Shown here piece by piece: positions 25,290-37,299 of a stretch of DNA of 64,000 bases. Each line of letters starts with the position of its first letter. Position 1 is the stretch's first letter. The position numbers were made by a program, and so were the translations under genes. The DNA is from Felis catus (taxonomy: Eukaryota). The stretch covers positions 199,394,001 through 199,458,000 of the forward strand of contig NC_058368.1 of assembly GCF_018350175.1 (NCBI RefSeq), given 5' to 3'. A model generated the notes under the pieces. The model did not search any database and was not told the DNA's origin. It worked only from the letters and a program-made list of their open reading frames with translations.

Positions 25290-25470
25290 GTCACCATAGA
25301 ATTAAAGGTAAAGTTTGTGCTTTGGTATCAGACAAACCTGGATTTAAAGTTCAGCCCTATCTCTAATTAGCCATTTGCCTCTTGTTTTTTCTTTTGGAAT
25401 GAGGTTTCTAATATCTATTCTGCAGGGTTGTTGAAAGAGGGTGGCTAATGCATGCAAAGTGCATGTCCAA
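25290..25470 (+). mobile_element. MIR fragment
   Basis: gctttggtatcagacaaacctggatttaaag...cagggttgttg. Confidence 0.65.
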
Positions 25471-26305
25471 GTTGGATGCTGATAATTACTGTTTGTAATT
25501 CTTTTATTTTTAATCTCAAAGACATAACTTGAATGAAGTCATCCCCTGTCCAGCTTTTTTAATTTCAGAGAGCTTTGCTTCTAATTGTTCTCTTTTAATG
25601 GTAACTGTGTTGCATTGATTTAAAATGTGTTGAACAGTTTTTCTTTTGTTTTCCTTCTGCTCTTCTTTATTGAAGCTGTACCTCTTGAATTTCTGGAAAG
25701 CAGGTGGGTAACTACATCAGTGCTATCATTTATTGAGAAATCAAGTCTGTCTGGATCTTCCTTCTTTTGTTGAATTAGTATTTATTGGATGCTTACTCTC
25801 TGCCAGACTCTGAGCATACTCAAGTGTGCACAGGGATCAGAGCATTGTCTGCTTAGTTTCAGCCAAAAGTCAGAGAGCTGAAGTACAAGTTTGTGACTTC
25901 ACAAGTTTGTGACTAGAATTATCCTATTATCCCTACAAACTTGGATTTAGGAGTTGTGGAAGCAGGTATATGCTTACGTGGTGAGATTTTCCAGGACTTA
26001 ATACAAGGACATTTCCCCATCTGTTTGTAGCATACCTGATGTTTCATCCACTAGAGTTAGTGCTTAGTTAAGGCCTTGGCTCTTTTATTCTCTAATCTGA
26101 AGGAAAATGTGAGTTAGAAGTAATAAATACTTTTTCCCTGCAGCATTCTCTGAACATATTAACAAAATTATCTTACTTGATCAGCGGAGCTACCCTTAGT
26201 AAAGAATAGGGAACTAGGAGGATAACTGTGCTAAAGATTTGCTTTGGAGGCCCATCAGGACCAGTATAGGCAGGCCATTGTGGAAGGCCTTGCACAGTTA
26301 GGGTC

Positions 26306-26836
26306 TGTGGTAACTTCCAAAATGGCCCCAGTGATTCTTACTTCCTGTTAGTCACACTCTTGTGTTGTCTGTACCACTTTGAATGAGGGTTTCCTTTGTA
26401 ACCAATAGGACATTGTGGAAATGACTCCCAACGCTAGGTCACAAGAGACATTGAAGCTACTGCATTACTTGCTAAATCAGTCATTCTATGGAATGCCATC
26501 TATCATGTTGTGAGGTCTCTCAAGCAGCCCTGTGGAGACTTCCTTATGGTGAGGAACTGAGGCCTTCTGCCAACAATTGGTACGAATTTGCCAGGTATTT
26601 GAATGAGCCACATTGAAAGTGGATTTTCCAGCCTTACTGAAACCTTCAGTAAGGTTCAGAGCACTGTAACCCCAGCTGACATCTTCACTTCAACATCATG
26701 AGAGACCTGAAGGTAGAACTACTCAGCTAAACCACATCCAAATTCCTGGCCACAGAAATGATGTGAGATAATAAATACCTTTTTAAGCCACTAAGTTTTG
26801 GGGTAATTTGTTTAACAGCAATAGATAACTAATACA
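26306..26836 (+). mobile_element. MaLR solo LTR (MLT1F-like)
   Basis: TG...CA ends, aataaa near 26770, MLT1 3' end ttaagccactaagttttggggtaatttg...cagcaatagataactaataca; 5-bp TSD gggtc/gggcc. Confidence 0.9.
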
Positions 26837-27904
26837 GGGCCCAGCATATGGTGCTAGATTCCTGGAGAAAAGAGCAAAGTTAAGGAAGCAGATATTCAAA
26901 GGGAAGATTAGAGACGTCAAAGACAGATGCTGTTCCTACACTTCGTAAAGGGAATATAGAGATGGGGCTGGGAACGGTGGTGGGGGAGAGGGAGAAAATT
27001 TAGTATGTAATTATCAGAGTATGTGGAAGGAAGAAAAAAAGGCAAAAGGATAGATGTTAGTTTAGGAAGGACTCCTGAATGAAAAACTTGGAAATGGATC
27101 TATGTTTCAACTCTATGGGAAGTTTTGAAAATTGAATTTTACTTGAGCAATCTTTGGATTTCATCAAACAGTAGGGTCATAGTAATATAGGTAAAAGAAG
27201 TCTCCAGAGATACACCCCCTGTACCCCCCACCCCAAGACTCTAGTTAAAGTACTAAAGACTATCTAACCTTTTAAAAGTCAACATGCCAATGAAAGCAGC
27301 AGTTTCTAAGGCTTGGCAAAAGGCTTCATATTCATTAAAACAAAAGAGACTCTTTCTAAAATTATCTCCAGCTATATGAAACTATGAATCACTTTTGTAC
27401 CTCCAGGAAAGACTTAAGTGACATATGAGCATTTAGGTAAGAAGGCATTGTATTACAGATTAACATTTTTTTTTTTAAAAACAAATTACTTTCTTTCTAC
27501 ATGGTTTTTGTAACATGTCAACGTTTTATATGGTTTTAGTTGGGGAGAAGGATGAGTTTCTTTGGAAAGGGGCAAGGCAGGAAATCAGTAATGATTCATA
27601 CAACTTTTTCACATGCTTCTCTGGCGAGTTTTAATCACAAATCTGGGTCCACTTGTATAACAAAAACATTAAAAGAGGGTGTTTTAAACTGCTTCTTTTT
27701 ATTAATCATGTATTTGGTCTTGTAAATAATACACGCAAGGACATCCTTGTTACGTCAGTTGGAAAAGTGATTAACTAGCTGTTTAACTAGGAGACAAGAA
27801 TATCTTGCAGCTTTATATGTACTTCTTAAATAGCTATGTGTTTGCTCTTGTGCTATTTGATTTAGGAAAATGCTTTAAATTTTAGAATTTCTTTAATTGA
27901 TTCC

Positions 27905-28090
27905 TTTAAAATTTATTTATTTTGAGAGAGGTAGTATGTATGCACTCAGAGAGGGAGAAAGAGAATCCCAAGCAGGCTCCGCACTGTTGGTGCAGAGCCA
28001 GATGTGGAACTTGATCCCACGAACATGAGATCGTAACCTGAGCTGAAATCAAGAGTCCAATGCTTAACTGACTGAGCCACCCAGATGCCC
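27905..28090 (-). mobile_element. CAN-SINE
   Basis: TSD tctttaattgatt on both sides. Confidence 0.95.
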
Positions 28091-28237
28091 GTCTTTAATT
28101 GATTTTTAATGTTAATGACCCTTTCTGTCTTACTCTACATTTCATGACAATTTTTAAGACTCTAAAGATAGTTTTCTATGCCACAATAGTCTTTTAAAAG
28201 AGGGGCACATTTATATGAAGGGAATACACTGTTATTT

Positions 28238-28438
28238 CTTTTTTAAAAATATTTATTTACTTTTGAGAGAGATAGAGAGAGAGAAAGAATACAAGTGTGG
28301 GAGAGGCAAAGAGAGGAGGACAGAGTATCAAGACCAGCTCTGTGCTGACAGCAGCAAGCCTGATGTGGGGTTCAAACTCATAACGGTGAGATCATGACCT
28401 GAGCCAAAATTGGATGCTCAATCGACTGAGCCACCCAA
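28238..28438 (-). mobile_element. CAN-SINE
   Basis: TSD tgttatttct. Confidence 0.93.
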
Positions 28439-28956
28439 AACTTTGTTATTTCTAAGTCCCCTTGATATGGTTTTTACTTTAGTTTTCCCTTAAGTCTAAC
28501 TCTTTTTCCCCTTTGTTTCTATTGGAATGAGGTAATCCTGGATTTGTAGAATCTTTTGTGTTGGAAATGACTACAACTACACAGACACAGCATAACATTT
28601 ACTAAGAATAAGAGAAATGGAAATATCGGTAGTGCTGCTTACCAAGCATGTGAAAATACTTAAGTGCTCTATTTCCAGAGAGAAAAATGCCACTTAACAT
28701 GTTTATTATTAATTTGGGTGACTGAAACATAGGTGCACATAAATTATGAACCAAAATTGAGGAATGGTATTTAAAAATTATGATAAGTGGGAGAAATGGT
28801 TAAGGAGGCCAGATGCATTAACAATGCAGTAATATAAGACATTTATGAATAAGGAAGTTACTTGGAGATTGACAGCTCAACAGATAAGTAGGGTAGTATG
28901 TGAATGTAGTACATACTTCAGTAGTAGCCTAGAAGTTCAAGCAGGAGTTAGAGACT

Positions 28957-29267
28957 CCAAACATCATTTGTTTTAAAATCACCTTAACTTTTAACAATAG
29001 CCAAATTATGGAAAGAGCCTAAATGTCCATCAACTGATGAATGGGTAAAGAAATTGTGGTTTATATACACAATGGAATACTATGTTGCAATGAGAAAGAA
29101 TGAAATACGGCCTTTTGTAGCAACGTGGATGGAACTGGAGAGTGTTATGCTAAGTGAAATAAGTCATACAGAGAAAGACAGATACCATATGTTTTCATTC
29201 CTATGTGGATCCTGAGAAACTTAACAGAAGACCATGGGGGAGGGGAAGGAAAAAAAAAGGTTAGAGA
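28957..29267 (+). repeat. local duplicate of 33207-33517 (L1 3' fragment plus its 5' flank)
   Basis: Same non-L1 flank and same L1 truncation point as 33207-33517; no poly(A) tail. Confidence 0.9.
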
Positions 29268-29374
29268 TGATGTTAGGTTCATTTATTAAGTCAAAATTGT
29301 AAAGAAGTTAAATATCCAACAGCAGGAGAATAGGTAAATATGTCATACTACATATGTGACAAAATTATATATAT

Positions 29375-29660
29375 ATTTTATTAAAAATTTTTAATGTTCA
29401 TTTATTTTTAATGTTTATTAAATTTTATTTAATATTTATTTATTTAATGTTTATAATTTTTAATGTTTATTTATTTATTTTTAATGTTTATCTATTTATT
29501 TTCACACAGAGTGTGAATGGGGGAGGGGCAGAGAGAAGGGGAGACAGAGAATCTGAAGCAGGCTCCAGGCTCTGAGCTGTCAGCACAGAATTCACAAACT
29601 GTGAGATCATGACCTGAGCTGAAGTCAGCCGCTTAACTGACTGAGCCACCCAGGTGCTCC
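29375..29660 (-). mobile_element. CAN-SINE with amplified AT-rich tail
   Basis: TSD gtgacaaaat; tail unit ttttaatgtttatt reiterated several times. Confidence 0.93.
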
Positions 29661-29697
29661 GTGACAAAATAATGTATTGTCTTTTAAAACTATTTCT

Positions 29698-29820
29698 TTT
29701 TTTTTAATGTTTACGTATTTATTTTATTAATATAATTTATTGTCAAATTGGCTTCCATACAACACCCAGTGCTCATCCCACCATGTGCCCTCCTCAATGC
29801 CCGTCACCCACTTTCCCCTC
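29698..29820 (-). mobile_element. very short feliform L1 3' end
   Basis: tttattgtcaaattggcttccatacaacacccagtgctcatccca; TSD ttaaaact(a/g)tttctt. Confidence 0.9.
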
Positions 29821-29913
29821 TTAAAACTGTTTCTTGAAAACAATTTTATGACAGACAAATACTTAATATGATTTTAAGTGAATATAGGAGAATACAATAT
29901 GATCCTGATTTTT

Positions 29914-30803
29914 GAAATTTTAATTCCAGTATAGTTAACATACAATGTTATATTAGTTTCAGGTGTACAATATAATGATTCAACAATTCTATACATTACC
30001 CAGTGCTCATAACAAGTGCGTTCCTTAATCCCCATCACCTAGTTCACCCATTTTCTTACCCACATCCCCTCTGGTAACCATCAGTTTGTTCCTATAGTTA
30101 AGAGTCTGGTTTATTTCTCTCTCTCTTTTTTTTTTCCTTTGCTCATTTGCTTTATTTCTTAAATGCCACATATAAGTGGAATCATATGATTTTTGTCTTT
30201 CTCTGACTGACTTATTTCACTTAGCATTATCTAGCTCCATCCTCATTGAAAATGGCAAGATTTCATTCTTTTTAATGGCTGAGTAATATTCCATTGTGTA
30301 TATATATACCACATCTTCCTCTGCATTCATCTATCTATGGACATTTGGGCTGCTTCTGTAATTTGACTACTGTAACTAATGCTGCAGTAAACATAGGGGT
30401 GCATATATCCTTTTGAATTAGTGTTTTTGTATTCTTTGGGTAAATAGTAGTGTGATTACTGGATCATAGCGTGCTTCTATTTTTTTTAAGTTTATTTATT
30501 TTGAGATAGAGAAAGAGGGGGGGCAGAGAGAGAGGGAGAGAGAATTCCAAGTAGGTTCTGTGTTGTCAGCGCAGAGCCTGATGCGGGGCTTGATCCCACA
30601 ACCCTGGGGTCATGACCTGAGCTGAAATCAAGAGTTGGATGCTTACCTGACTAAGCCACCCAGGTGCCCTGCATACTTTTATTTTGAATTTTTTATGTAA
30701 CCTCCATCCTGTCTTCCAGAGTGGCTGCACTAGTTTGCATTCCCACCAACAGTATAAGAGGGTTCTTTTTTCTCCATGTGCTTGCCAACACTTGTTTCTT
30801 GTG
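29914..30803 (-). mobile_element. 5'-truncated carnivore L1 3' end containing a SINE
   Basis: L1 3' UTR and ORF2 end; TSD tgat(c/t)ctgattttt (29900-29913 / 30804-30817). Confidence 0.92.
30479..30669 (-). mobile_element. CAN-SINE inside L1
   Basis: Typical head, GA tract and tail. Confidence 0.93.
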
Positions 30804-30869
30804 TGATTCTGATTTTTGTTGAAAAAACATAGTAAAAAGTGTAGAAGAAAATATACTGAAGAGAAGAAT

Positions 30870-31260
30870 GCTAACTATTTACCAGAATCCCTTTGTCTCT
30901 TCTTCTGGTATACGGCCATGCTACATTTCCCAGCCTCCCTTGTAGTTGTGTGTGACAATGTGAATAAGTTCTATCCAGTGAAATGTGAACATCAAGGATG
31001 TATTCTACTTTTAGGCTTGACTCCTAAAACTCTCCCACACATTTCTCCTGCCCCCCTTTTTTTTTTTTCAAACTGTCTTCAGTTGACTGGGATGTCAATA
31101 CTTAGGGTAACCTTGGAAGTCACATGTTGAAAAAGGCAAAGTAGACATCAACTTAGGTTCATGAGTGGCCAAGAAGAAGTGAGTTACCCTGCTAATCTGA
31201 GTACTCATCTAGAACTGTCAGTTGAGGGAAGAAATACATGTCTATGGTGTTCAGCTGCCA
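30870..31260 (+). mobile_element. old MaLR LTR (MLT1J-like)
   Basis: ctacatttcccagcctcccttgtagttg...tgtgaataagttctatccagtgaaatgtga. Confidence 0.7.
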
Positions 31261-31380
31261 TCGTGGTTCCTGATAGAAAAACAGATGTGTTTAAGTCCAT
31301 GTGAAACACCTACTAGGTATTGCCAGAAACATTTAGTTGGGAGTAGACATGGTGTGTTTTATAGGAACCTAAAGACTTTC

Positions 31381-31588
31381 AGGGTGCTTGGGTGTCTCAG
31401 TCAGTTAAGCATCCGATTTTGGCTCAGGTCATGATCTCATGGTTTATGAGTTTGAGCCCCACATCGGGCTCTGTGCTGGCAGCTCAGAGACTAGAGCCTG
31501 CTTCGGATTCTGTGTCTCCCTCTCTTTCTGCCTCTCCCCCACTTGCACTTTGTCTGTTTCTCAAAATGAATAAATGTTAAAAAAAAAT
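31381..31588 (+). mobile_element. CAN-SINE
   Basis: TSD taaagacttt. Confidence 0.95.
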
Positions 31589-32701
31589 TAAAGACTTTGA
31601 TAAGTAAATAGGAATATAAACTAATGTTTATTAAATTAATATTTTAGTTATTCAGGTTTCCCCATTTGTAGTACGTGTTGAGGTCTGAGGAAGCCTGGGC
31701 TTACATGTATTAAAAAAATTTTATACTTTAGCATATATTGCATTTCTTAATTGGGAGAGGTAGTGAAAAATACAAACATAACTGTGAAAAATGGGAAAAT
31801 ACAAGTAAATTAAAAAACAAGGGTCAAGGAAATCATAAATTTGTAGAAGGTAAATACCTAGTGAATATACAATGCACATGAGCCACTCTGTCCTATGCAG
31901 TTCCTGAAAAATGAGTGTAAATGAACTCTGATTTTATTATCAACCAAGTGATTAGTTGAATGATTAATACATCAATTTTTTATATGTGTAAATGCCTCCG
32001 TTGGCAATTAGTTCTGAAAGAAATTTCTCAATGGATTTTCATATAGGAAACGATGTCCTCAGCAGTATCCCTAAGAAAATATCAGAAAGTCTGAACCAGG
32101 ACTACACTGAATGTTAACTAACTTTAGAATTAAAAAAAAAAAAGAGAGAAAATATTAGAATGGGATTCACGGTGCTGCCTCTAGATTAACTAAAAGGACA
32201 GTGAGTCAAAACAAACCTCAGGTAAAGAAAATCAAGAAGGAGAGTGGGAGGTAAAGCTTGACAATAGAACATGACAGATGATGGCCCCATTGGATCAAGG
32301 ACTGAAACCTGTGTCTAGAGAAATAGTTGGAATTTATATTCTTTGAATAGTATTCATTAATATCCTTGTTCTACAGAAGGCTTTTTACATGTTGGACAGT
32401 AGGTGATTTTCAGGAAACTGCTGTAAACTCTCATCTTTTTTCCATTTGCCCACATATCTGTCTGCAATAACCACTAGCTCTGCCTTTTCAGTCGTGTGGG
32501 AGCGCCTCGCACTGACAGAGTTGAACCCAGAACCATAGTTCACAGGGATCCTGGGAAATTCATTTCTGGACTTCTCCCTTGTGATAGTAAGAACATGGAG
32601 AAAGAAGCTATGATGTGGAATGGATAATGGACCATCTAGAACACTGCAGAATATTAGTGACAGATCTCCAATAGCAAGTCAACATATAAAAAACAAACCA
32701 A

Positions 32702-32930
32702 GGGGCGCCTGGGTGGCGCAGTCGGTTAAGCGTCCGACTTCAGCCAGGTCACAATCTCGCGGTCCGTGAGTTCGAGCCCCGCGTCAGGCTCTGGGCTGAT
32801 GGCTTGGAGCCTGGAGCCTGTTTCTGATTCTGTGTCTCCCTCTCTCTCTGCCCCTCCTCCATGCATGCTCTGTCTCTCTCTGTCCCAAAAATAAATAAAT
32901 GTTGAAAAAAAAATTAAAAAAAAACCCAAC
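32702..32930 (+). mobile_element. young SINEC_Fc-type CAN-SINE
   Basis: CpG-rich ggggcgcctgggtggcgcagtcggttaagcgtccgacttcagccaggtcac; TSD aacaaaccaa. Confidence 0.97.
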
Positions 32931-32974
32931 AACAAACCAAATTGCCAACAGTAGGTAGTTACAACGTCATTTGT

Positions 32975-33208
32975 TTTTTAAAAAAATTTTTTATTAAATT
33001 TTTTAAATGTTTATATTTGAGAGAGAGAGAGAGAGACAGAGTGTGAGTGGGGGAGGGGCAGAGAGAGAGGGAGACACAGAATCTGAAGGAGGCTCTAGGC
33101 TCTGAGCTGGCAGCACAGAGCCTGATGCAGGGCTCGAATTCATAAACTATGAGATCATGACCTGAGCCAAAGTCAGACGCTTAACTGACTGAGTCACCCA
33201 CGTGTCCC
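32975..33208 (-). mobile_element. CAN-SINE
   Basis: TSD aacgtcatttgtttt / aacattatttgtttt. Confidence 0.95.
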
Positions 33209-33239
33209 AAACATTATTTGTTTTAAAATCACTTTAGCT

Positions 33240-33695
33240 TTCAACAATAGCCAAATTATGGAAAGAGCCTAAATGTCCATCAACTGATGAATGGGTAAAG
33301 AAATTGTGGTTTATATACACAATGGAATACTACATGGATATGAGAAGGAATGAAATATGGCCTTTTGTAGCAACGTGGATGGAACTGGAGAGTGTTATGC
33401 TAAGTGAAATAAGTCATACAGAGAAAGACAGATACCATATGTTTTCATTCCTATGTGGATCCTGACAAACTTAACAGAAGACCATGGGGAGGGGAAGGAA
33501 AAAAAAAAGGTTAGAGAGGGAGGGAGCCAAAACATAAGAGACTCTTAAACACTGAAAACAAACTGAGGGTTGATGGGGGGTGGGAGGGAGGGATGGGTGG
33601 GTGAGGGGTATTGAGGAGGGCACCTGTTGGGATGAGCACTGGGTGTTGTATGGAAACCAATTTGACAATAAATTTCATATTAAAAAAATAAAATA
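33240..33695 (+). mobile_element. 5'-truncated feliform L1 3' end
   Basis: acaatagccaaattatggaaagagcc...G-rich 3' UTR...aataaa plus A-tail; TSD taaaatcactttag / taaaatcaccttaa. Confidence 0.95.
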
Positions 33696-33844
33696 AAATC
33701 ACCTTAAAAACAAAATTATATATAGAAATACCTATATATAAATACAAAGGAAAAAAGATACACACAAATCTGAAAATAAATGTATGTCTGGGGGTGGGAG
33801 TAGGATTTTGTAGGAACAAGAGAACTTGTATATTACGTTATCTG

Positions 33845-34931
33845 AAATCCACACATATATGGTCAATTATTTTACAACATAGGAGCCAAGAATATACAAC
33901 GAGGAAAGGACAGTCTGTTCAGTAAATGGTGTTGGAAAAATTGGACAGTCACAAGCAAAAGAATAAAACTAGACCATTGTCTTACACCAAACACAAAAAT
34001 TAACTCAAAATGTATAAAGACTTGAAAGTAAGACATGAAACCATAAAACTTCCAGAAGAAAATGCAAACAGTAAGCTCCTGGACTTAGATTTTAGCGACA
34101 ATTTTTGAATCTGATACCAAAAGCAAAAGCCACAAAAGCAAGAATAAACAAGTGGGACTACATCAACGTAAAAAGCTTCTGCACAGCGAAGGAAAACATA
34201 AACAAAAGGAAAAGGCGACCTATTGAAAGGGAGAAAATATTTGCAAATCATGTATCTTGATAAGGGGCTAATGTTCAAAATATATAAAGAATTCATGCAA
34301 CTCAATAGCAAAAATTCAAACAATCCTATTAAAAAATGGGCAGAATTTCTGGATAGACTGAAGAAGACATACAGATGGCCAACAGGTACATGAAAATAAG
34401 CTCTACATCATCAATCATCAGGGAAAAGAAAATCAAAACCACAATGAGATATCACCTCACACCTGTTAGAATGGCTCATATGAAAAAAGACTAGAAATAA
34501 TGTGGGGTTGGAGAAAAGGGAACCCTTGTACACTGTTTGTGAGAACGTAAACTGATGCAGCCACTATGAAAACAGTACAGAGATTCCTCAAAAAATTAAA
34601 AACAGAACTACCATATGATTCAGAAATCCCACTTCTAGGTATTTATTTAAAGAAAACAACTTAAAAAGATATATGCATTCCATGTTCATTGTAGCATTAT
34701 TTACAATATCCAAGATACAGAAATGACCTGTGTCTATTGATGGATTAATGAATAAAAAGTGTGGTTTATATTTTATACATATACATACATACAATGGAAT
34801 AGTATTCAGCCATAAAAAATAATGAAATCTTGCCTTCTGCCACAACATGGATGGATCTTGAGGGCATTAGGCTGAGTGTAATAATTAAGAGTAAGAAAAA
34901 TACCATATAATCGCTCTTATATGTAGAATCC

Positions 34932-34972
<41 letters not shown>

Positions 34973-35025
34973 AATCGAACTCATAGAGAACAGACTGGGG
35001 ATTGCCAGGGGGACTGGGAAAAATG
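33845..35025 (+). mobile_element. older L1 (L1MA/L1_Carn-like) ORF2 3' part and 3' UTR, with (CAA)n at about 34931-34972
   Basis: agtgggactacatcaa...aaaagcttctgcacagc...atcaaaaccacaatgagatatcacctcacacctgttagaatggct. Confidence 0.9.
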
Positions 35026-35049
35026 GGAGAAATTTTTGTTTTTTAGTTT

Positions 35050-35166
35050 ATTTTTTGAAGTTTATCTTTATTTTTTTTAGCAATTTCTACACCCAATGCG
35101 GGGCTTGAGTTCACACCCCAAGACCAAGAGTTGCATGCTCTTCTGACTGAGCCAGCCAAGCACCCC
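35050..35166 (-). mobile_element. short, old CAN-SINE
   Basis: TSD tgtttttt(t)agttta. Confidence 0.88.
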
Positions 35167-35295
35167 TGTTTTTTAGTTTAAATAAATTGAATAATAATTT
35201 TTAGAAAGCAGATGAATTTCTGATTCTACATATCTCACCATACAATAAACATTGAACTCATGGCTCATTCACAAGCTTTTAAAATGTCAGATGCC

Positions 35296-35470
35296 GGCAC
35301 GTCATGATCTCATGGTTTGTGGGTTTGAGCCCCAGGTCGGGCTCTGTGCTGACAGCTCAGAGCCTAGAGCCTGCTTTGGATTCTGTGTCTCCCTCTCTCT
35401 CTGCCTCTCCCCTGCTCATGCTCTCTGTCGCTTAAAAATGAATAAACGTTAAAACAATATTAAACAAAAC
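35296..35470 (+). mobile_element. 5'-truncated CAN-SINE
   Basis: Lacks the A-box head; perfect 15-bp TSD aaaatgtcagatgcc. Confidence 0.95.
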
Positions 35471-36099
35471 AAAATGTCAGATGCCAAACAGGACATCTAT
35501 GATTAAGAATCTGAGTCTGGAGTTGTTTACTCGAAATTGGAGTTGGAACCGATAACAGTAGATATCCAAAAGAAACAAAATTGAGTGAACAACTAAAGAT
35601 AATAACTAATGCCAGGGACTTTGGCCTCAGGATCTTGGGACAGGAAATAAATCTGGCTCAGAATAATTTACACAGAGGAATTTTCTAGCTATCATATGCC
35701 ATTCTTATTATTTCACTTGCTGTCCCATGTCTTTGGGAGATGGGTAACATTCAGTCAATTGATTTAAATTTATTTAGTGCTCTTTATGCTGGTTGTGATT
35801 ATCCTGTTATATTTATTGAATCTTGAGAGAGGGTCATACATATTTGTGCATGTTAAAATAACTACATGTGGAACCCCAGATCCGTTAGAGCAGTTAAGTA
35901 ATTTATCTCTTTCAATATATTTCATTTTAAATTGTAATGTCTGGAGCATTCTTTAAAAATATTTTTTAAATATAAATTTTTGTGTATTCTATAATTAAAA
36001 AGAAAAAATAAATGGAATTATCCTGGGATAATTAGTACCTTAACATAATAATAGCTTAAACAACTAATTTCTGTAGTGAGATATTCTGTGAGCACGTTG

Positions 36100-36260
36100 A
36101 AGGCAGAGAATGGCGGAAAACTTGAGTTCTAGTCCAATTTCTGCATTAGCATTATGTGGTATGACTTAGGATAAGTAATTGTTTTCCCAGTTGTGAAATA
36201 AGAGTTTGGATTAGGTGATTTCTAAGATCCCTTTCAGCACGGACAGCCTATAATTCTAGG
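36100..36260 (+). mobile_element. MIR3-like fragment
   Basis: cttgagttctagtcc...tgacttaggataagt...ggattaggtgatttctaagatccctttcagc. Confidence 0.65.
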
Positions 36261-36654
36261 ATTTGTTGGAGAGAAGTATTAGAAGCATGGAATAGTTCTA
36301 GGTGTGGTGGCGAGGAAAAGGCACTATGTTACTTTGTCTTTGGGAAGCAGGAGGAACTGACCAAAAGTACTAAGGATTCAGAAAATCAAAGTGCGGGCAA
36401 TTGAAGGCAACTTTTGCATACATTAAAGTTTCACTGAAGTTCAGCTTTCTTCCTGTGAGACACTTGAAATTACATAGAGATATTTGTTTTTATGTCTATG
36501 AACAGGGATTATATTCAGTTGGTTTGTAACAAAATTGCTCTGTGGGTTATTTTTGGAGGGCATCTTTCCTAATTGTTTGGGTCTATTCTGTATGGATTGT
36601 TGAATATTAATTCTAGACATACATCATCCTCCTACATCTAAAGAGGTATAGTGC

Positions 36655-36877
36655 TTTTTTTTTTTTAATTTTTTGATGTTTATTCATTTTTGAGACGATG
36701 CAAGAGACAGAGTGCAAGCGACGGAGGGGCAGACAGAGGGAGACACAGAATCTGAAGCAGGCTCCAGGCCCTGAGCTGTCAGCATAGAGCTCAACGCGGG
36801 GCTCGAACTCATGAACTGTGAGATCATGACCTGAGCCGAAGTCGGACGCTTCACCTACTGAGCCACCCAGGTGCCCC
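36655..36877 (-). mobile_element. CAN-SINE
   Basis: Typical head, GA tract and tail. Confidence 0.95.
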
Positions 36878-37299
36878 ATAAAGAATTATAGTCCTTTCTT
36901 GTTTCCATTAGGAAGAACCTAGATGTGAAGATAGATTTTCTGCTATTCAAGGATCCAATTTTGCCCACAGGTTATGTCAGAGCTGAAAATCTATCCTCTC
37001 AGGGACTGAAAGACTGAAAGTGAAGGTGAATATCCTTCCAGTAAAAGTGAAACTAGACTTCTTATTTACACAATCCAAGGAGAGTAAATACATGAGGACC
37101 AAACATACCAGTTGAAGGAAGTCTATTAGTAAAAAAGCATATTAGCAAAATTAGATGTAATGATCTAAGTTTTCTATTATTTGTTGTAATAATGATGTAC
37201 TTTTATACCATTTCTTGGGCAGTATTATTAACTTTTGACATTAAATATCATATATGTCCTCAATGTTTTATGCTATATAACAGAGCCTTTTAGAGATAG

